64,000 nt of DNA from Octopus vulgaris. Taxonomy: Eukaryota. Below the pieces are notes generated by a model. That model was not told where the DNA came from, did not search any database, and saw nothing but the letters and a program-made list of their open reading frames with translations. Positions 37,105 to 51,131 of this stretch are shown piece after piece; position 1 is the stretch's first letter, and each line of letters starts with the position of its first letter. A program made the translations under genes and the position numbers. The stretch is taken from the NCBI GenBank assembly GCA_951406725.2, contig OX597817.1, positions 28,768,001-28,832,000 of the forward strand, in the 5' to 3' direction.

Positions 37105-39764
37105 GTGTGTGTATGATGACACAACAGATATTTCAATTTTAATTATGTCCTTAACAACCCATATCAACATCCCTACATATCTCTCCATACTTACCAAAGC
37201 TATCACTACAAACTAGGACTTCACTGAACAAAAGAAAAGATCGCTTGTCTAATTTTTAAGATGACCACTCACCCCATCACTTCCATCAAAAGACAGTTGC
37301 AGTTTTCCAAAATTTAATAACACCTGGGTCCCCTGTATATATATACTGCAGTTTATAAACAAAATGAAATAAGAAAATCTAAACAGTATATTTCACAAGA
37401 CAAGTAGAAATCAGGTGGGTAGTCTTGGCATGTCAGCATCTCATACGGCATCTCACTAAGAAACTAAACAAAGAAAAACAAACACATGTATTGAACATAA
37501 ATCCCCCAAACAAACAATAAATTCTTATAGGAAATAAAGGGCTGCATCAGGAAGTCTAACACCAGCCACCACATCACATCTCATGATAAAAATCTCAAAT
37601 GATATATCCAGACATCAGTCAAAGTCGTTATACACATATATGTATATATTCTGTGTGGAGGTGGGGGTATTGTGAGTATACAGGGATATAACATACCTTT
37701 ATTTTATGAAATGGTTATAAGTCAGTAACAAATAATAAAAAAAGAAGAAATATCACAATACCAGTAATTGAGGTATATTTGAAGTAAATGAGCTTAATCT
37801 TCAGTAATTGTGTTTTACAAATGTTCATGTGAAATAATAATGGTGAATTTATGTGACAACAGTTTTCTTCCTTAGGTTGTTTAACAACTTTATGCTTCGA
37901 ATGAAATCACTTCAAATTATTGCCCAAATTTCAAAATTCATTTCTCATTTATTTACTCTTAAAAACCAAATGAGAAAACACTGTTTTCTGGTTTAATATT
38001 TATATGATACAGTGTTGAAAACTTGAGTTTATACGTAATAATTTTCTGATGCTACGATTTCTAAGTTCATTTCATACTGGCATCCACTTAGGTTTTTCAT
38101 CTTTGCAAAGTCGAAGAGACAGTGATATGCTTCAGTTGAACCACTTTAAACCTACCAGAACAATGTTACATTGACTTTGCTGCATTAATTTTACTTTGCA
38201 TTTGAATCTCGAGTTGTATTAACTTAATCTTTTTTTGATCTTGTTATATCTAAGTTTCCTTGAATGACATGTACCATTGATATACTCCATTCTGCATTCA
38301 CTATACTATTTACTAAACACTTATATATTTTTCCTTTTCTAAGTGACTGAACAAACAAACTCTCCACTTTGTAGCAAATTCACCTATTACTGTTTTTTTT
38401 TTCTTCTTTCTATTCCACTAATGTCTTCTAACCTACATCTTTGTTTCTTTGTTATCATTTATCTGTTGTGGTCTTACTATTTTCACATAGACTATTATCA
38501 GTGGTGTTTATAAAGTTAATGTGATCCAAAACGATTAACCTAATGGCACAGCTTAGTGACTTCTATATAAATAATTGCATTAGTCTTGAGTTTACTTCCA
38601 TTTTTCTGAATGTATCCATTATGACTATCAGTGGTTTCTTGAAATAAAATGAATATTTTATAGTGAGATAGTCTATGATCTGCAGATGATGATGATGATG
38701 ATGATAGTAATTATGATGATACTTTCATATGAAATCTACTTGAACTTTGAGGATCTTTAAAGATATTTATCTCCTTCACCTTATGTAGCATCAGAACATA
38801 TTTTATTGATCTTGTATAGATAACAAGCTAATATTCCTTTGACACATTTATCTCTTGGTCTTATAATATCCCAAGACATCTAAATTGAATTTGTATTAAT
38901 GTATTTATTGGCTGCATTTATTTTTTGTTAATCAATTCTTATTAAAGATATTATCACAAAATATGTAAAGCAGTTGGATGAAAAGAAATACAAAGATGAA
39001 ATCCTTATGTGCTTAAGGGATTGAGCTGATGACCCTCTAAAGAATTAAGAGTTTAGATATTAATTGTAGTATTATAATGTTTACATTGTCGTATGTTTAT
39101 ATAGTCAAATTGCATATTTGTTTGATGTAGTCAAACTGCATATTTGTTTGCATAGATGAAAATTACTGCAAATTTATAAGTTATTTTGTTGATTTTAGGA
39201 AGAACATTTTCTCCAAAAGATATAACATATACATAGCTTTGCTTTTTGCACTTAGTTTTGAGTTTCGAGTTTCATAAATGGAAATGCATTTGTTATATAA
39301 TATTTTACATATACAAACAAACATATGTGTTCTTATACGTATTGTATTTCTATGTCATTCAGCTATGCATTTTGTTTTCCTATAAGATTTCTGAAAGAGA
39401 CAACAACAAGCCTTGATGTTATGTAATCAATAAATACCAAAATAACAATGGCTTTATTTGTATTCACATGTACCAGCTGTTTAAAGATTAGTATTCAGTT
39501 AACGATACACTGTAAAGATTAGTACATCTAATTTGTGATTTGATTTAGTTCTACTTTCTTTTATGAATTCATGATTTCATACCAGAGTGTAGTTGTTCAG
39601 GTACTATATACACACCAAACATTGAGAAGAATATGTTAATCAAGTGGTTTATAGATAAGTGTTAAATATTTTTATCTAACATACCTTGCTTACTAAAAAC
39701 AAAGTCTGAGTTACTATTGACATTTTGCTTAATGGAAAGTAAGGTATGCATATATCAACACAAA

Positions 39765-41017
39765 CCTAGAATCAAGAGGATTCAAGATAAACTTAGCAAA
39801 GACTAAAGTTTTTAGTAAGGAGGCAGGACCCTGTTATCTTCAGAGAAATGGCCTTGCTTGATATGCAGAAAAGGAGAAGGTATAAACTTGTATGGTGTAG
39901 CCAAGACACACACAAGGTGTAATGGAATCAAAGACAGACAAACAGAGAAAGTAAGTGTCATATGTGATGGATGCACTAGAGAAGTACATACAATGAGTAT
40001 ACTGGAAATAGATTGTCTTAAATGCCTGGATGGTTCACTAGAAGTTGTCAATATCTCTTTTTTTACCTGCAATACTCAATTAGTTGGGAAAATGGTTGCT
40101 CTGAAAGTATAATAGTGAGGCTAAGAATGAACTGGAAAAAGTTCTAGGAACTTCCACTGCTACTAGCAACAAAGATCTTTCCCCTTACAGTGAGGGGAAG
40201 ATTGTATGAAACTTGTGTTAGAACTGTAATGCTGCATAATAATTAGAGATGAGCCTTGAATGTAGAGGAGTTGGAAAGAAATGATGCAAGCATGATCTGT
40301 TGGCTGTGTAACGTAAGTGTGCATGAATGGAGAAGTACAAATGTATTCGAAGACTGGACATTGATAACCCCCACCTTTAATACACCATTCACTGGATCCC
40401 CCCTTGAACCACCATTGTCACCTACTCTTCCATATCTTCCCTGCTATGTTTACTTATCTCTCAACACTTGTTTTATTCATTATACTCACCCCTGGACCCA
40501 TTCCTCATTACTAACTAAGTTTTACTCTCATAACCCCTGCCTATCCATACTCTCTGTTCTTCTGTCTTCTCTGCTACTTATCTTGTACTTTGAAGATCCA
40601 TCCAGCCATCACTGCTATTCTCATCTCGATTCAGGTACACCGTGTTTGCTTCCACTCTCACTTCTGTAATGTGAGTATCTATTTTGCCCCTCTGCAGAAA
40701 AATTCCATTCTACTTGAGGCCTCTCTCTTTTATTTCAATCTCTCATCACACAGCACAAAGCTGCCTCCTTCTCTGCTGGCGATCCCCTCATTTGAAAATA
40801 ATCTTAGTCTTGCAAACTACATGGTGACTCCACTAGTACTACTTCCCCCAAAAGTAAACCATACAGTGAAAATTGTTTTGTGTTAGGAATGACACCTACC
40901 TACAAAAACCATGGCAAAGCAGAATTTGGAGCACCAATGCAGACTTTGAACCCACTGGATCTTGTCAAACCATCCAACTTATGCCACTATGACACATGGT
41001 CATTAAATGATGATGAT
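39765..41017 (+). mobile_element. Older RTE LINE copy (RT C-terminus plus 3' UTR)
   Basis: LESRGFKINLAKTKV, KWPCLICRKG, RGRLYETCVRTVMLH, LERNDASMICWLCNV; UTR and TGATGATGA tail. Confidence 0.8.
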
Positions 41018-41025
41018 GTGCTTAA

Positions 41026-41240
41026 CCCTTTTGTTACCGTATTTATTTTGAGATGTTCTGTATTTCTTTCAATTATTTTAAATATAACAAAGAATTTAGT
41101 AAAATAACTTTGTTATTATGAACCTAGTGTTAGAAACATAAATTGCAACTAAGATTTGGTGGGAGATTCTAATTCAAAACTTATGAAAACAAGACATTTG
41201 TACTAGAGAGCCAATTTCAGCCAGGCTAGTAATGAAAGGG
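41026..41240. mobile_element. piggyBac-type MITE (215 bp)
   Basis: TTAA-CCCTTTTGTTAC ... GTAATGAAAGGG-TTAA: CCC/GGG termini, 12-bp TIR with 2 mismatches, TTAA duplication. Confidence 0.85.
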
Positions 41241-42189
41241 TTAAACAAGCAAAACAGTCATATGTGCTTTTTATTTTGAAGTTATTGATTGTAAGTTTAG
41301 TGTATTGGATTGGCAGAATTGGAATAGTGACAAGCAAAATCTTATACAGTGTATAGTTACTTCTGATTTCAAATCCCACTGAGGTTGACTCAACCTTTCA
41401 TCTTTTTTTGTGCTTTTTTTTTTAGTTTTTATTTTGGTGAGGGCCAATAAATTTAATGCCAATTGAATTCACTGGGTTTTACTCGATATGTTGCAATATT
41501 AGATTTTACTTCAGTATATGTGATTAGCTGAGTCAGACTCACCCAGTTGATTATGACTTGCATTTCTTGCTAAGTAATAAGGTAAATTAAGAATTCATTT
41601 TTCTGTTCCCCGATATAATTTTAGTAAGTCAATTCAAAGTTGTCAATGTTTTGCTCATTGGTTATTCTGCAAAGGAAAGTAAGGTTGTTAAAGATTGAAT
41701 TTTATATCTGTATACTTTGTATTTCTGCTGCAATGATCTTATGGCATAATTAATTAGAATATGTTATAATTTTTATATATGAATCTAGGTCTAGTTTACT
41801 GGTTTTGATTCTCAAGTACTCATTATTTAAATTTCCTAGGTAGCGATACATTATTAATGAACTGATTTTTGAAAATTTGTTTGTGTAATGTTTTTCCAAT
41901 ATTATATCATTATTAGAATTAATGTAAAATTAGAATTAATGTAAAGACAAATAAAATTTTAATATAGTTGTGTGAGTGAATCTTTAAACTAGAGTTGCCA
42001 CTAACATACGCATACATCTTTATATAGAAACACAAATCAATGCAATTGTAACTGACCATAAGTCTGAATGCTTATGTGTAAGGGAGAGAGAGACAGATAA
42101 AGAGAGAGAGAGAGCTAAAGATCAAAAGCAAGATTGAGAGAGCATGGGGACTGTGTTAGGAAGGGCATCCAACTGTGATCCGTGACTCT

Positions 42190-43275
42190 GATCCTTACAC
42201 TGCTGAACATTTACAAATCTCTTACCTTCAGCTACTCTTTTTGGTATGTATACCTGACACCTAGCTGCCCTTTCGGTTACCTGATAATATTCTCTGCTTC
42301 CACCGTTTTTCCAGTTTTTCCTGGCCTGTCTTTTTGCTTTATAGCACTGTCAACCTCCTTGCTCCACTACCATGTCACCCTTAGTCTAGCTGGGACTCTG
42401 CACCAACCACAGATTTTGTCCGTAGCCCTCAGTAGATTGTCGTACAGGAATTTCCAATTGTCCTCTAAGCTATATGTTTCCAACTCTTCCTCTCTTTTGT
42501 CAGAAGCTTCCATTAGTAAATCTTTAAATTTTGATCTGTTTGCTGGGTCTTTGAGCTTCCATAGACTTCTTTTCCAAATTGATTTATTTCTCTAAGTCTT
42601 TCTAGCTCTAATTCCAAAGCCACTAACTAGTAACCTATGTTGGGTTGTACACTTTTTATCTGGGAAAGACTTTGCATTTTTAAGCATCCATCTATCTCGT
42701 TGCCTGGTGAGGAAGTACTCAATCTGACTTATGTGCTCGCCAGATTAGGTGGCTGGCTGTTTTTTTTTAATTAGTGCTGCAGATCATGAGATCATTTGCA
42801 CCACAGAACTCCAGCGGTCTTGTTCCCTCCTCATTTCTAGGCCCCAAACCATAACCTCCGTGCACTCCCTGGAATCCATGGGATTGCTTTCCAACATGTC
42901 CATTGAAGTCACCAGCCACAATAATAAGGTCTCAGTCATTTGTTGTTAAGGTTGTCTGCAAAAGGATCTCATAGAATTGGTCCTTCTGCTCATCAGTCAG
43001 CCCAGACTGAGGAGCATAGGTAGAGACAAATGTAACTGTTAATTTATCTACGGTAAGTCTCAACTTCATTACCCTATCCCGTACTCTGACTACCTAAATT
43101 ATCTTATCTACTTACATTTCTGCTAACAGTATACCTACTCCACTCAGTCCATCCTTCCTGCCAACCCAGAAGAATTTGAATCTCTGTCTCTTACCTTTGA
43201 GGAATCTAGCTGCGGCTCCCCTCCATCTTACTTCTTGCACACCACACACAACATGGTGTCACTCCAACGTTTCAC
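42190..43275 (-). mobile_element. RTE LINE 5' part: AP-endonuclease domain, decayed
   Basis: Minus translation VQEVRWRG..FKFFWVG..GVGILLA, YAPQSGL, VAGDFNGHVG, SQIEYFL, QHRLLV. Confidence 0.88.
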
Positions 43276-44916
43276 TAATCTCCCCACTCCTTCCTCAGTA
43301 CAAGGATATTTAGAGAATTTATACATATATATGTATTTATATGTATAGAATTCACTTTGAAGTGTGAAAAGAAACTATGACTCCTACAATTTTTGAAGCT
43401 GACTGTCATACTATTCCTGGAGCATATTGAACTTTAATTCCAATCTCTCTGACAAGGCAAAGGACTAGCAAAAACATGTCTAACCATGAGGAAATATTAC
43501 TTTGCTTGGAAACAGGTGGGAGTTGCCTCAATTAATTCTGTTTGATGTTTGCAATGGGGGAGAAGTGGATATTAAAACAATGCCAGTAATGCTGATGAAG
43601 AAGTGAGCAGTGGCAGTAAGGAGGGTACTGAACAACCAATGTTATGCAAAAGTTAACTGTAGAACTCAAGAACCATAACAGACATGTAAGCAGCATAGAA
43701 AAAAAGTTATGTCAAAGAGAAATGACCCTTAATGGGTAGAGGAAGAATGACATGAAACTTGTTTCATAAATACATTGGCATAGCTTAACACGATACCTTA
43801 AGATTATACCAGAGGCTAAAAGACTGTGATCATGAACATTTTTAGCACCTCTAAAACTGGTGGTAGAAAAGAAGGGAGCGAGTTACCTCAGGCAAGAAAC
43901 TTTACCTAAATATTTGCAACAAAGTGAACTCACTAATGATTCTGAAGGACCAGGTAATGGTGTCGAGTTAGGTGACAGATTTTGTTTGCCACCTGATTAA
44001 ACCTGTATGGTGCTTAAATGTTCATCACATGATCACAGCAGCAGAAAGTAGTAGTAGTAGTAGCAGTAGTAGCAGCAGCAGCAGTAATATATAACAGTAG
44101 TAGAAAAAGTAGTGTTAGATCAAAGAAAGGAGTTAACTGTGTTCTAAATGATTGTCAAGACATTGTCTTATTCTTGCTCGTCTATGAACTTTTGAGCTGA
44201 AAGGAAATTTCTATGAAGGTTTCTGATCGTTATATGTACAAGTTTATGAATGAAATATTTTATATGGAAACAACCTGATCTGAATCATAACATACACTGG
44301 TGTTCCAAATAGTATGGATATGAATCCCATTTACTTCTCACACTTTCTTTATGTCTGTGTATTCCTTTGTGTTTATGTATATTTTCAGTTAACACATAAG
44401 TTTGCATTTATATGTGTGCTTACTTTATCCTCTGTGTGTGTGTGTTTGTATGCACACACACACACTTGCATGTGAACGTGTGTAATATATTCACATGTGT
44501 GTAATATAGAGGCATTCATAAATTCTAGGAAAATAAGGAAATAGAATATGTAGCAAACCAGATGGGAATTGAATTCCAGCTGATTTGCTCTTGGCTTCCT
44601 TACTAGGTTTTCCTTATCTCCATATCTTTATGCTTATTATTTCAATATATCTGTACAAATTCTAGCTGAAGTATATTTGCTGAATCAACATAACACACAA
44701 TGCCTGCACACTGATGTACATACCAACAATGAACAGCCATAATTCCAAATATATATATTGACATACATATTGGATACACAAAAAGATTGATATATGCAAA
44801 CATGTATGGACACAGGTGTTATTACTTCTGTGCATATATTTGCCAACATAGACTCACAATCCCTAACACTCACACATATCTATCTATCTATATATCTATC
44901 TATCTACCTATCTCTA

Positions 44917-44960
<44 letters not shown>

Positions 44961-46655
44961 CATATACACACACACACACACATATATATATACTCATACA
45001 TATATATATATACACACATTACACTCACATAGCAATTCATTCCTGTCTTGTCAGACACTTATTCTTACAGCATCTGCATTTAAATGCACAGGCATTTCAA
45101 TGCATTTATTCACTCTCTTTCTCTCCCTCTCTCTTTCTTTCTCTGTCTTTCACGTGCACGCACGCACACACACACATTCACACGCAGTGTTGCTGAGATA
45201 TTTTAATCCTCCTCAAATTGAGCTTCACTGAACAGTTGTAGAAATTTATGAGATGTTTAGAAATTCTCAAATTCATATTTCATTTTAACAAATTTTCTAA
45301 AGATTCTTTGACAATTTATTGTAACTCTCAGTAGTCATTTAAAGAGTAAAAATAAAAATTAGCAAACAAGAAAATAAATAAGAAGGAACAGGTTTACATA
45401 TAAGAATAATAAGATCTGAACATAGCTTACTTTTCACCACCAAATTATCCAAAAATGTCTGCATTATATTTTCTAAAATATAATAATTGAAACTGTGAGA
45501 TCTTGTGAAACATCTTCACACAAAGCAAATGTATTTTCCTTGTTGCATACATTTAACATTATGTTATATTTGATTAGAAAAAAAAAGTTATGTTAAAATG
45601 CAAATACGATTCTACAGGCTTTTCAAAGTCGAGGAACTACAGAACATATTAATTTTTTGAGGTTTCCATTTGATCTTTCAGAGAATATTACATAGAAAAC
45701 TGTCAACTTCTAATTTTTTTGACCAGATTTTGCATCATATTTAGAGTATAATTTCTCTTATAATTATTCATTGCACTAAGAACTGTACATTATTTATTTT
45801 ATTGTTCTAGATATGAGTATACTTGAATAACAAGTTAACTTTATGATTAAATTTGTGTTTAAAATATTTTAATGCATAACAAGCTTTATATTGTGTCATT
45901 GGTTTGAGAAAGTACAATGACTGTTTCCATTTTAAGATTTTCTCTTAGAGTAGAAATATATAAATTAGCATGTACATGCTCAGTTCATGTGTGTGCACAA
46001 GAGGAGAGGAGGAAACAAATTATATATCATATGTACACTATTAACATATAGATTAGAACTGTTATATACAACAATTTGTATCTGTTCTATAGTTTCAAAT
46101 AAAATGAAGTAACAACAACGTTAGCAGTATATGAATATGAACCAACATATGATGGGAGTCTAATGCCATTTATTTTATAATCAATTTTGTGTGTGAATCC
46201 AAGTTTATATATTTTGTGATATAACATAGGTCTTCAGTTTTACAAGAAGCATTTCTTAAGACTAAATTTATAATAAATGGTTTTCCATTATCAATAAGTG
46301 CATTTGTTAGGAGAAGACTATTGCTTTAGACTGATAAAAAATTTGTTTATAGTTCATCATCATTTTCATCATAGTTATCGCTGTAAATTAATATTTGTTT
46401 TAATTATATTTTGTCTAAGGTTTGTTTGACATCTAAATTCCTTTAAGTTACATTTCCTCTACATACTATAAATCTATAGATTCAACAAACAAATCTAGTA
46501 ATAGAATTTGCTAATGGAAATCTCCTGAAATAATTCATTTTGAGTGCTATAAAATTTGTCTGCACCAGTAATATCTATTTCATTACTGATACCTAGAGAA
46601 TATTACAGTATTTTCCAAAACATATTTGGATATTAATTAATAGTGGAGAGACTAA

Positions 46656-46711
<56 letters not shown>

Positions 46712-47567
46712 ACATGATTATCAAGATGGTTAACATGATATAAACGCAAACACTACTCTTTGAAGTGTCAAATCAAGCAAAATGCTTCTCATTATGCTCA
46801 GCAATAACAAAATACTTTGCAAATATGCTCAGCAGTAAAAGCCCAGAACTTTTCAAATACAATAGGAGGAAGCATCACTCTTAGAATAAGCTATTAATGC
46901 TGATAATCAAAGTCAATACCATGCTGTAATCCTCTGTCTGAAATATGCCTAAAACTGTTGCCTTATGTTACTTATAGTGCAGTTGTTTTGAATGATTTCA
47001 GCTGATGGATCTTGCCCCATTTAAGCTGAGTTTTATTCCCCCACCTTTCATAACACACATTTTACAACTTTTAAAAAAAATGTATACAACTAAGAAACCA
47101 ATATAAAAAGTCTCATACATCATATTAGATACAAATGTATCTTCAGTTAAATTATACATAATAGAGTGTGATTGACCTGTAATGGAAATAGCTAACTCAC
47201 ATATATAATCAATTTATATCATACAACTGATTTATAAATAATTTGAAAATAGAAATTGTTTAGAGTAAATTCATTTGTTCACTTATTTTACATTCATTTT
47301 ACTATAATAGCATGGGTTGAGTGAGCATATTGTTGGTGTATTGTTTTACAGATGGATGTCTTTCCTGCTCCTAACCCTTACCTATTTTGAAATAAGGGAA
47401 TTTTTATTCTATTCATGAGCAAAAGCAGAGCTACTGCAGGATTTGTTGATGGGGAAATGACAACTGAGAACACTGATGTCAATCCAGCGATTTAAAAAAA
47501 AAATGTTTATGCAATTTTAGAATAGAAGCAGTCACATAGCCTCAGACTTGTTCTGTCTGTCTGTCTG

Positions 47568-47601
<34 letters not shown>

Positions 47602-49500
47602 CCTCCCTCTTATGTTGGGCTTTGTGCAGTTTCTGCCTTGAAGTCATAGGTCAGTCCAGGCCTATAGCAATCCAAAGACCTATGCTGTGGGGTTGAATCC
47701 AGAACCATATGGTTGCAATATGAACTTATTAAAACAGTTAAGCCTCCACCAAAATGTTACTCTTTATTTAGTTTTGGTGAAAAATATGTTAGAAGCAGTA
47801 TCCACAAGAGTAGTGACTTTACTGAGAATATGACCTATAATGACATATGCTAATATGTCAATAACTTATTGCTAATAACTGGTGTAAACATTGGTTATAA
47901 TATATTTCACTTTATGTGGAAAACTTGATGCATTCAGGGAATAATTTAATGGGTAATGAATATCTGTAGAATATTATCAAACAGTAAATTTTAAAACATT
48001 GTTTAAAAATCCTTACTTAGAGATTAGTTTGAATTAAAACTCATTATGAGCTACAAACATTTTATATAATGTTACAACAAAATTTATAAAATGATCTTTT
48101 TCTTTTGCACTTCTATTCTTGAAAGTGAAGGTGGTGAACAACTAAAATTGTTGGATTTTTTTGGACAAAATACACGATAGTACATACTTATTGTCATTTA
48201 AGTTTTTGATTTAAAATCTCATGAAGGTCAGCTCTGCCATCCATTGTTTATTGATTATACCTCAGAAAATCAGAAAACAGTTGTTGAAAGTGTAAACATA
48301 TCACTTAGAGGAAGATTATTATGATCGTAGTCGTGCAAGATGTGATCAATCTCCATCTCTAATTTCTGACCTCAGCTTCTTGTGTCCCAGCTGTAGGAAT
48401 GAATATCCAAACTCTTTATTTGATGTTAATCTTTGGCATTGCACCTCTGTTGGTTAAACCCTGATTTCTTTTGCAACTACATAACTATGAGTAGCATCTT
48501 TGTTTTGGCATGTTGGTTTCTTGCATTCCTAAGACATGTCCATATGAGTAGAATTTTTATTGTATCAGCATCTCTTCATATTGCCAGTGACCAGCTTCAA
48601 ATCTGATAAGAATTTAAAGATTAAATCTCCAAGATTAAAGTTTGCATGCATGCATGAAGGATTTTCTTTGACATTGTAGATCTCCATTGCAGATTTTATG
48701 CCAGTTAGTAACTGAATTATAAATTTCTTATGTTTTAGTCAAGGTATTTCCAGAAATTTTTGAATATTTCTGTTTGTATGACCATACATCTATGTCCAGA
48801 TATACTTGTGATCATGTAACAGGTGTATATTGCCTTAATACATATGTATGTCAATGTACATTTGATTTTATGTATGTGTATATATCAGATGCACATGTGA
48901 TTGTGTGCATATATTCATTGCATGGAACTAAAAAAAAAAATGTCTTGAATTCTTTACAAATCTTCACTGTACCACTAATTAACTGAATTTAGAGAATGCA
49001 AATCAGTTTACTTTCTTCTTGGAAAGCACTGGCATTTCCTGGCTTTAATGCAAATCTGTTGTTACACAACCTACTGCAATGCTGGCAATAGGTATAAATG
49101 AGAATTTGTGACCAAAGTACAAGAACTATAAGTTCCATAGTAGATTGCCAGAGATTTTTTTTTTCCACAACTTATATTTACATTTGCTGGGCAGCTGAAC
49201 TTTACAGCATTGCATGATTTTATTTCTTGTCGCATAGAACAAGATCAGGTCCGGCATGTTTGCACAAGATCGATGTTTTTACTGGAATATTTTACAAGCA
49301 TTCCTTATTTTTAAATGTGTGAATGCATTCTGGCTCTAATGTATCTTTTGTATGACTCTCAGAACGGTTTTTCAAGTGGATAGCCTTGTGAATAGTGTTT
49401 ATCTAAGAATGTATGCTGTTGCATATGTGTGAATATATGTATGCATGCATGTGCATCTATTTATTTATGCATGCATGCATGCATTGCTGTTCCTCTACAG

Positions 49501-49700
49501 GTGAAATTTTAAAAATAAACCTGAAGAACATGCATGTTTGAATTCTGCAAAAAAGATCTCAGATGAATCTCAAACAAAAACAAGGAAGCTATCAAGAACC
49601 ATGCATGCACGCTTGTTTGTTTTTCTTTGAGATTTCTTTAAGCTCTTTTTCACTTAAATCAAGCATATATGTTTTACTGGTTTTATTTTGAAAATTTCAT
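49501..49700. repeat. ~200-bp imperfect palindrome (fold-back MITE-like)
   Basis: gtgaaattttaaaaataaacc..gaatctcaaacaaaaacaag mirrored by cttgtttgtttttctttgagatttc..ggttttattttgaaaatttcat. Confidence 0.75.
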
Positions 49701-50890
49701 CGACAGTGAAAGAACCAGTTCCTATCCAAAATCAAGCTTCTTTCTGTGATATTTGGACAGCATCGACTCACACAACACAACACTGTTACTGTCAGCTGCT
49801 AAAATAACACCAATCACACAGTACATGTGAAACACAAACACCAACAAACAAAACAACATGACTCACGTTGCACATGCTCTGCACAATAGATGAAACACTA
49901 TGATAATACCTGAAATAACAAACTAAATCCTACAACAAAGCAAACTGTACTTCGTTTACAAACATAATTTTACATTCTCAAAAGACAATTCTGCACACAC
50001 CTCAGAAACACAAAGGTGTGTCTAGTAGTTTAGTAGAAACTTGCGTAAACTTTTGAAAGCATGATGATAATGATGATGATGATAATTGTTTAGAATATTA
50101 TAACCCAAGCAAACATGGAAAACAAATATACAGAAAAAGTAAGCAAGTCAAGAAAGATTTCTCAATCCTTAATGAAATGAACAACAGAATGACACAAGTT
50201 TAAAAAAATGGGAAAAAGAGGCAAATACTGCAGAAACACAAACATAACAAAAAAAAGTACCTAAAATCAAAGAACACTTGAAATAAGAGATCCTTGTTAA
50301 CTTGTAAAGAATCCATTGGTATGAAAAATTACCACAGTTCTTTGAACAAAACAAACATTTCAGCTCAAACTTAAAACAATTTTATTAAGAACTTGGTAAA
50401 AATAAAACAAATCAGTGGAACACGAACATCAAGTGAAGTAGAAGTATTCTGGGGAGGAGTATGTGCAGTGAAGAAATAATCACGGATGAAATTGTTCAAA
50501 ACAATGAACACAGCATCTGAGCAATCATAGGAGACCATAGCAACGGAAGTAGCTCAGATACTGCAAAAAATAAACAGCAGGAAGGCACCAGGACATGATA
50601 AGATTCTACACTTCTGGTTAAAATATTCAAATATTTGCTATTAGAGGTATTTAATGAGAAACTGATGGAGCTGGAGACAACACATGACTGGATCACCTAG
50701 GAAAACTCCTTCTCATTACCATGGTTAAAGAAGCAATAAAATATACAGACCTATAACCTGCATAAGAGTTCACAGACATACAAATATTTAGGAGTCAATG
50801 AATCATTTAGTGCACACGACACTTAAATTATGAAAGTAAATATTCTAGACACTGATTAATACTTACAAAAGAATTAATATATATATATAT

Positions 50891-51090
50891 CGCCATGTTG
50901 ATTCGCTAGCTTCTGCACGCATTTTTTTTTCTCTCTCCTTGTTTCTTTTCTGTGTATCTTTCTGTTGAAGAGGGTAGGCTCGAAACGTAAAAGACTTGTT
51001 TTATTTATATTCCTGAGCGCCATACTAATACAATTGTTTGTTTGTATTCCACCTGCCTTCGTCTTTTGTTTATTTTCATAAAGCTTCCCG

Positions 51091-51091
<1 letters not shown>
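50891..51091 (+). mobile_element. Penelope-like element terminal fragment inside a (TA)n tract
   Basis: CpG-containing 200-bp insert between (TA)n runs carrying a minimal hammerhead-like motif of the kind found in Penelope pseudo-LTRs; family assignment is inference. Confidence 0.65.
50957..50994 (+). ncRNA. Minimal type I hammerhead ribozyme-like motif (variant core)
   Basis: TCTTT-CTGTTGA-A-GAG(GGTAGG)CTC-GAAA-CG-TA-AAAGA: helix I TCTTT/AAAGA, helix II GAG/CTC, palindromic ACGT helix III, GUA cleavage triplet. Confidence 0.6.

Positions 51092-51131
<40 letters not shown>

Noticed and set aside
37195-37223. 29-nt minus-strand exon-like segment with good splice sites
   Set aside because: Not frame-preserving and lies in what looks like a decayed retroelement remnant; illustrates the chance rate of such matches
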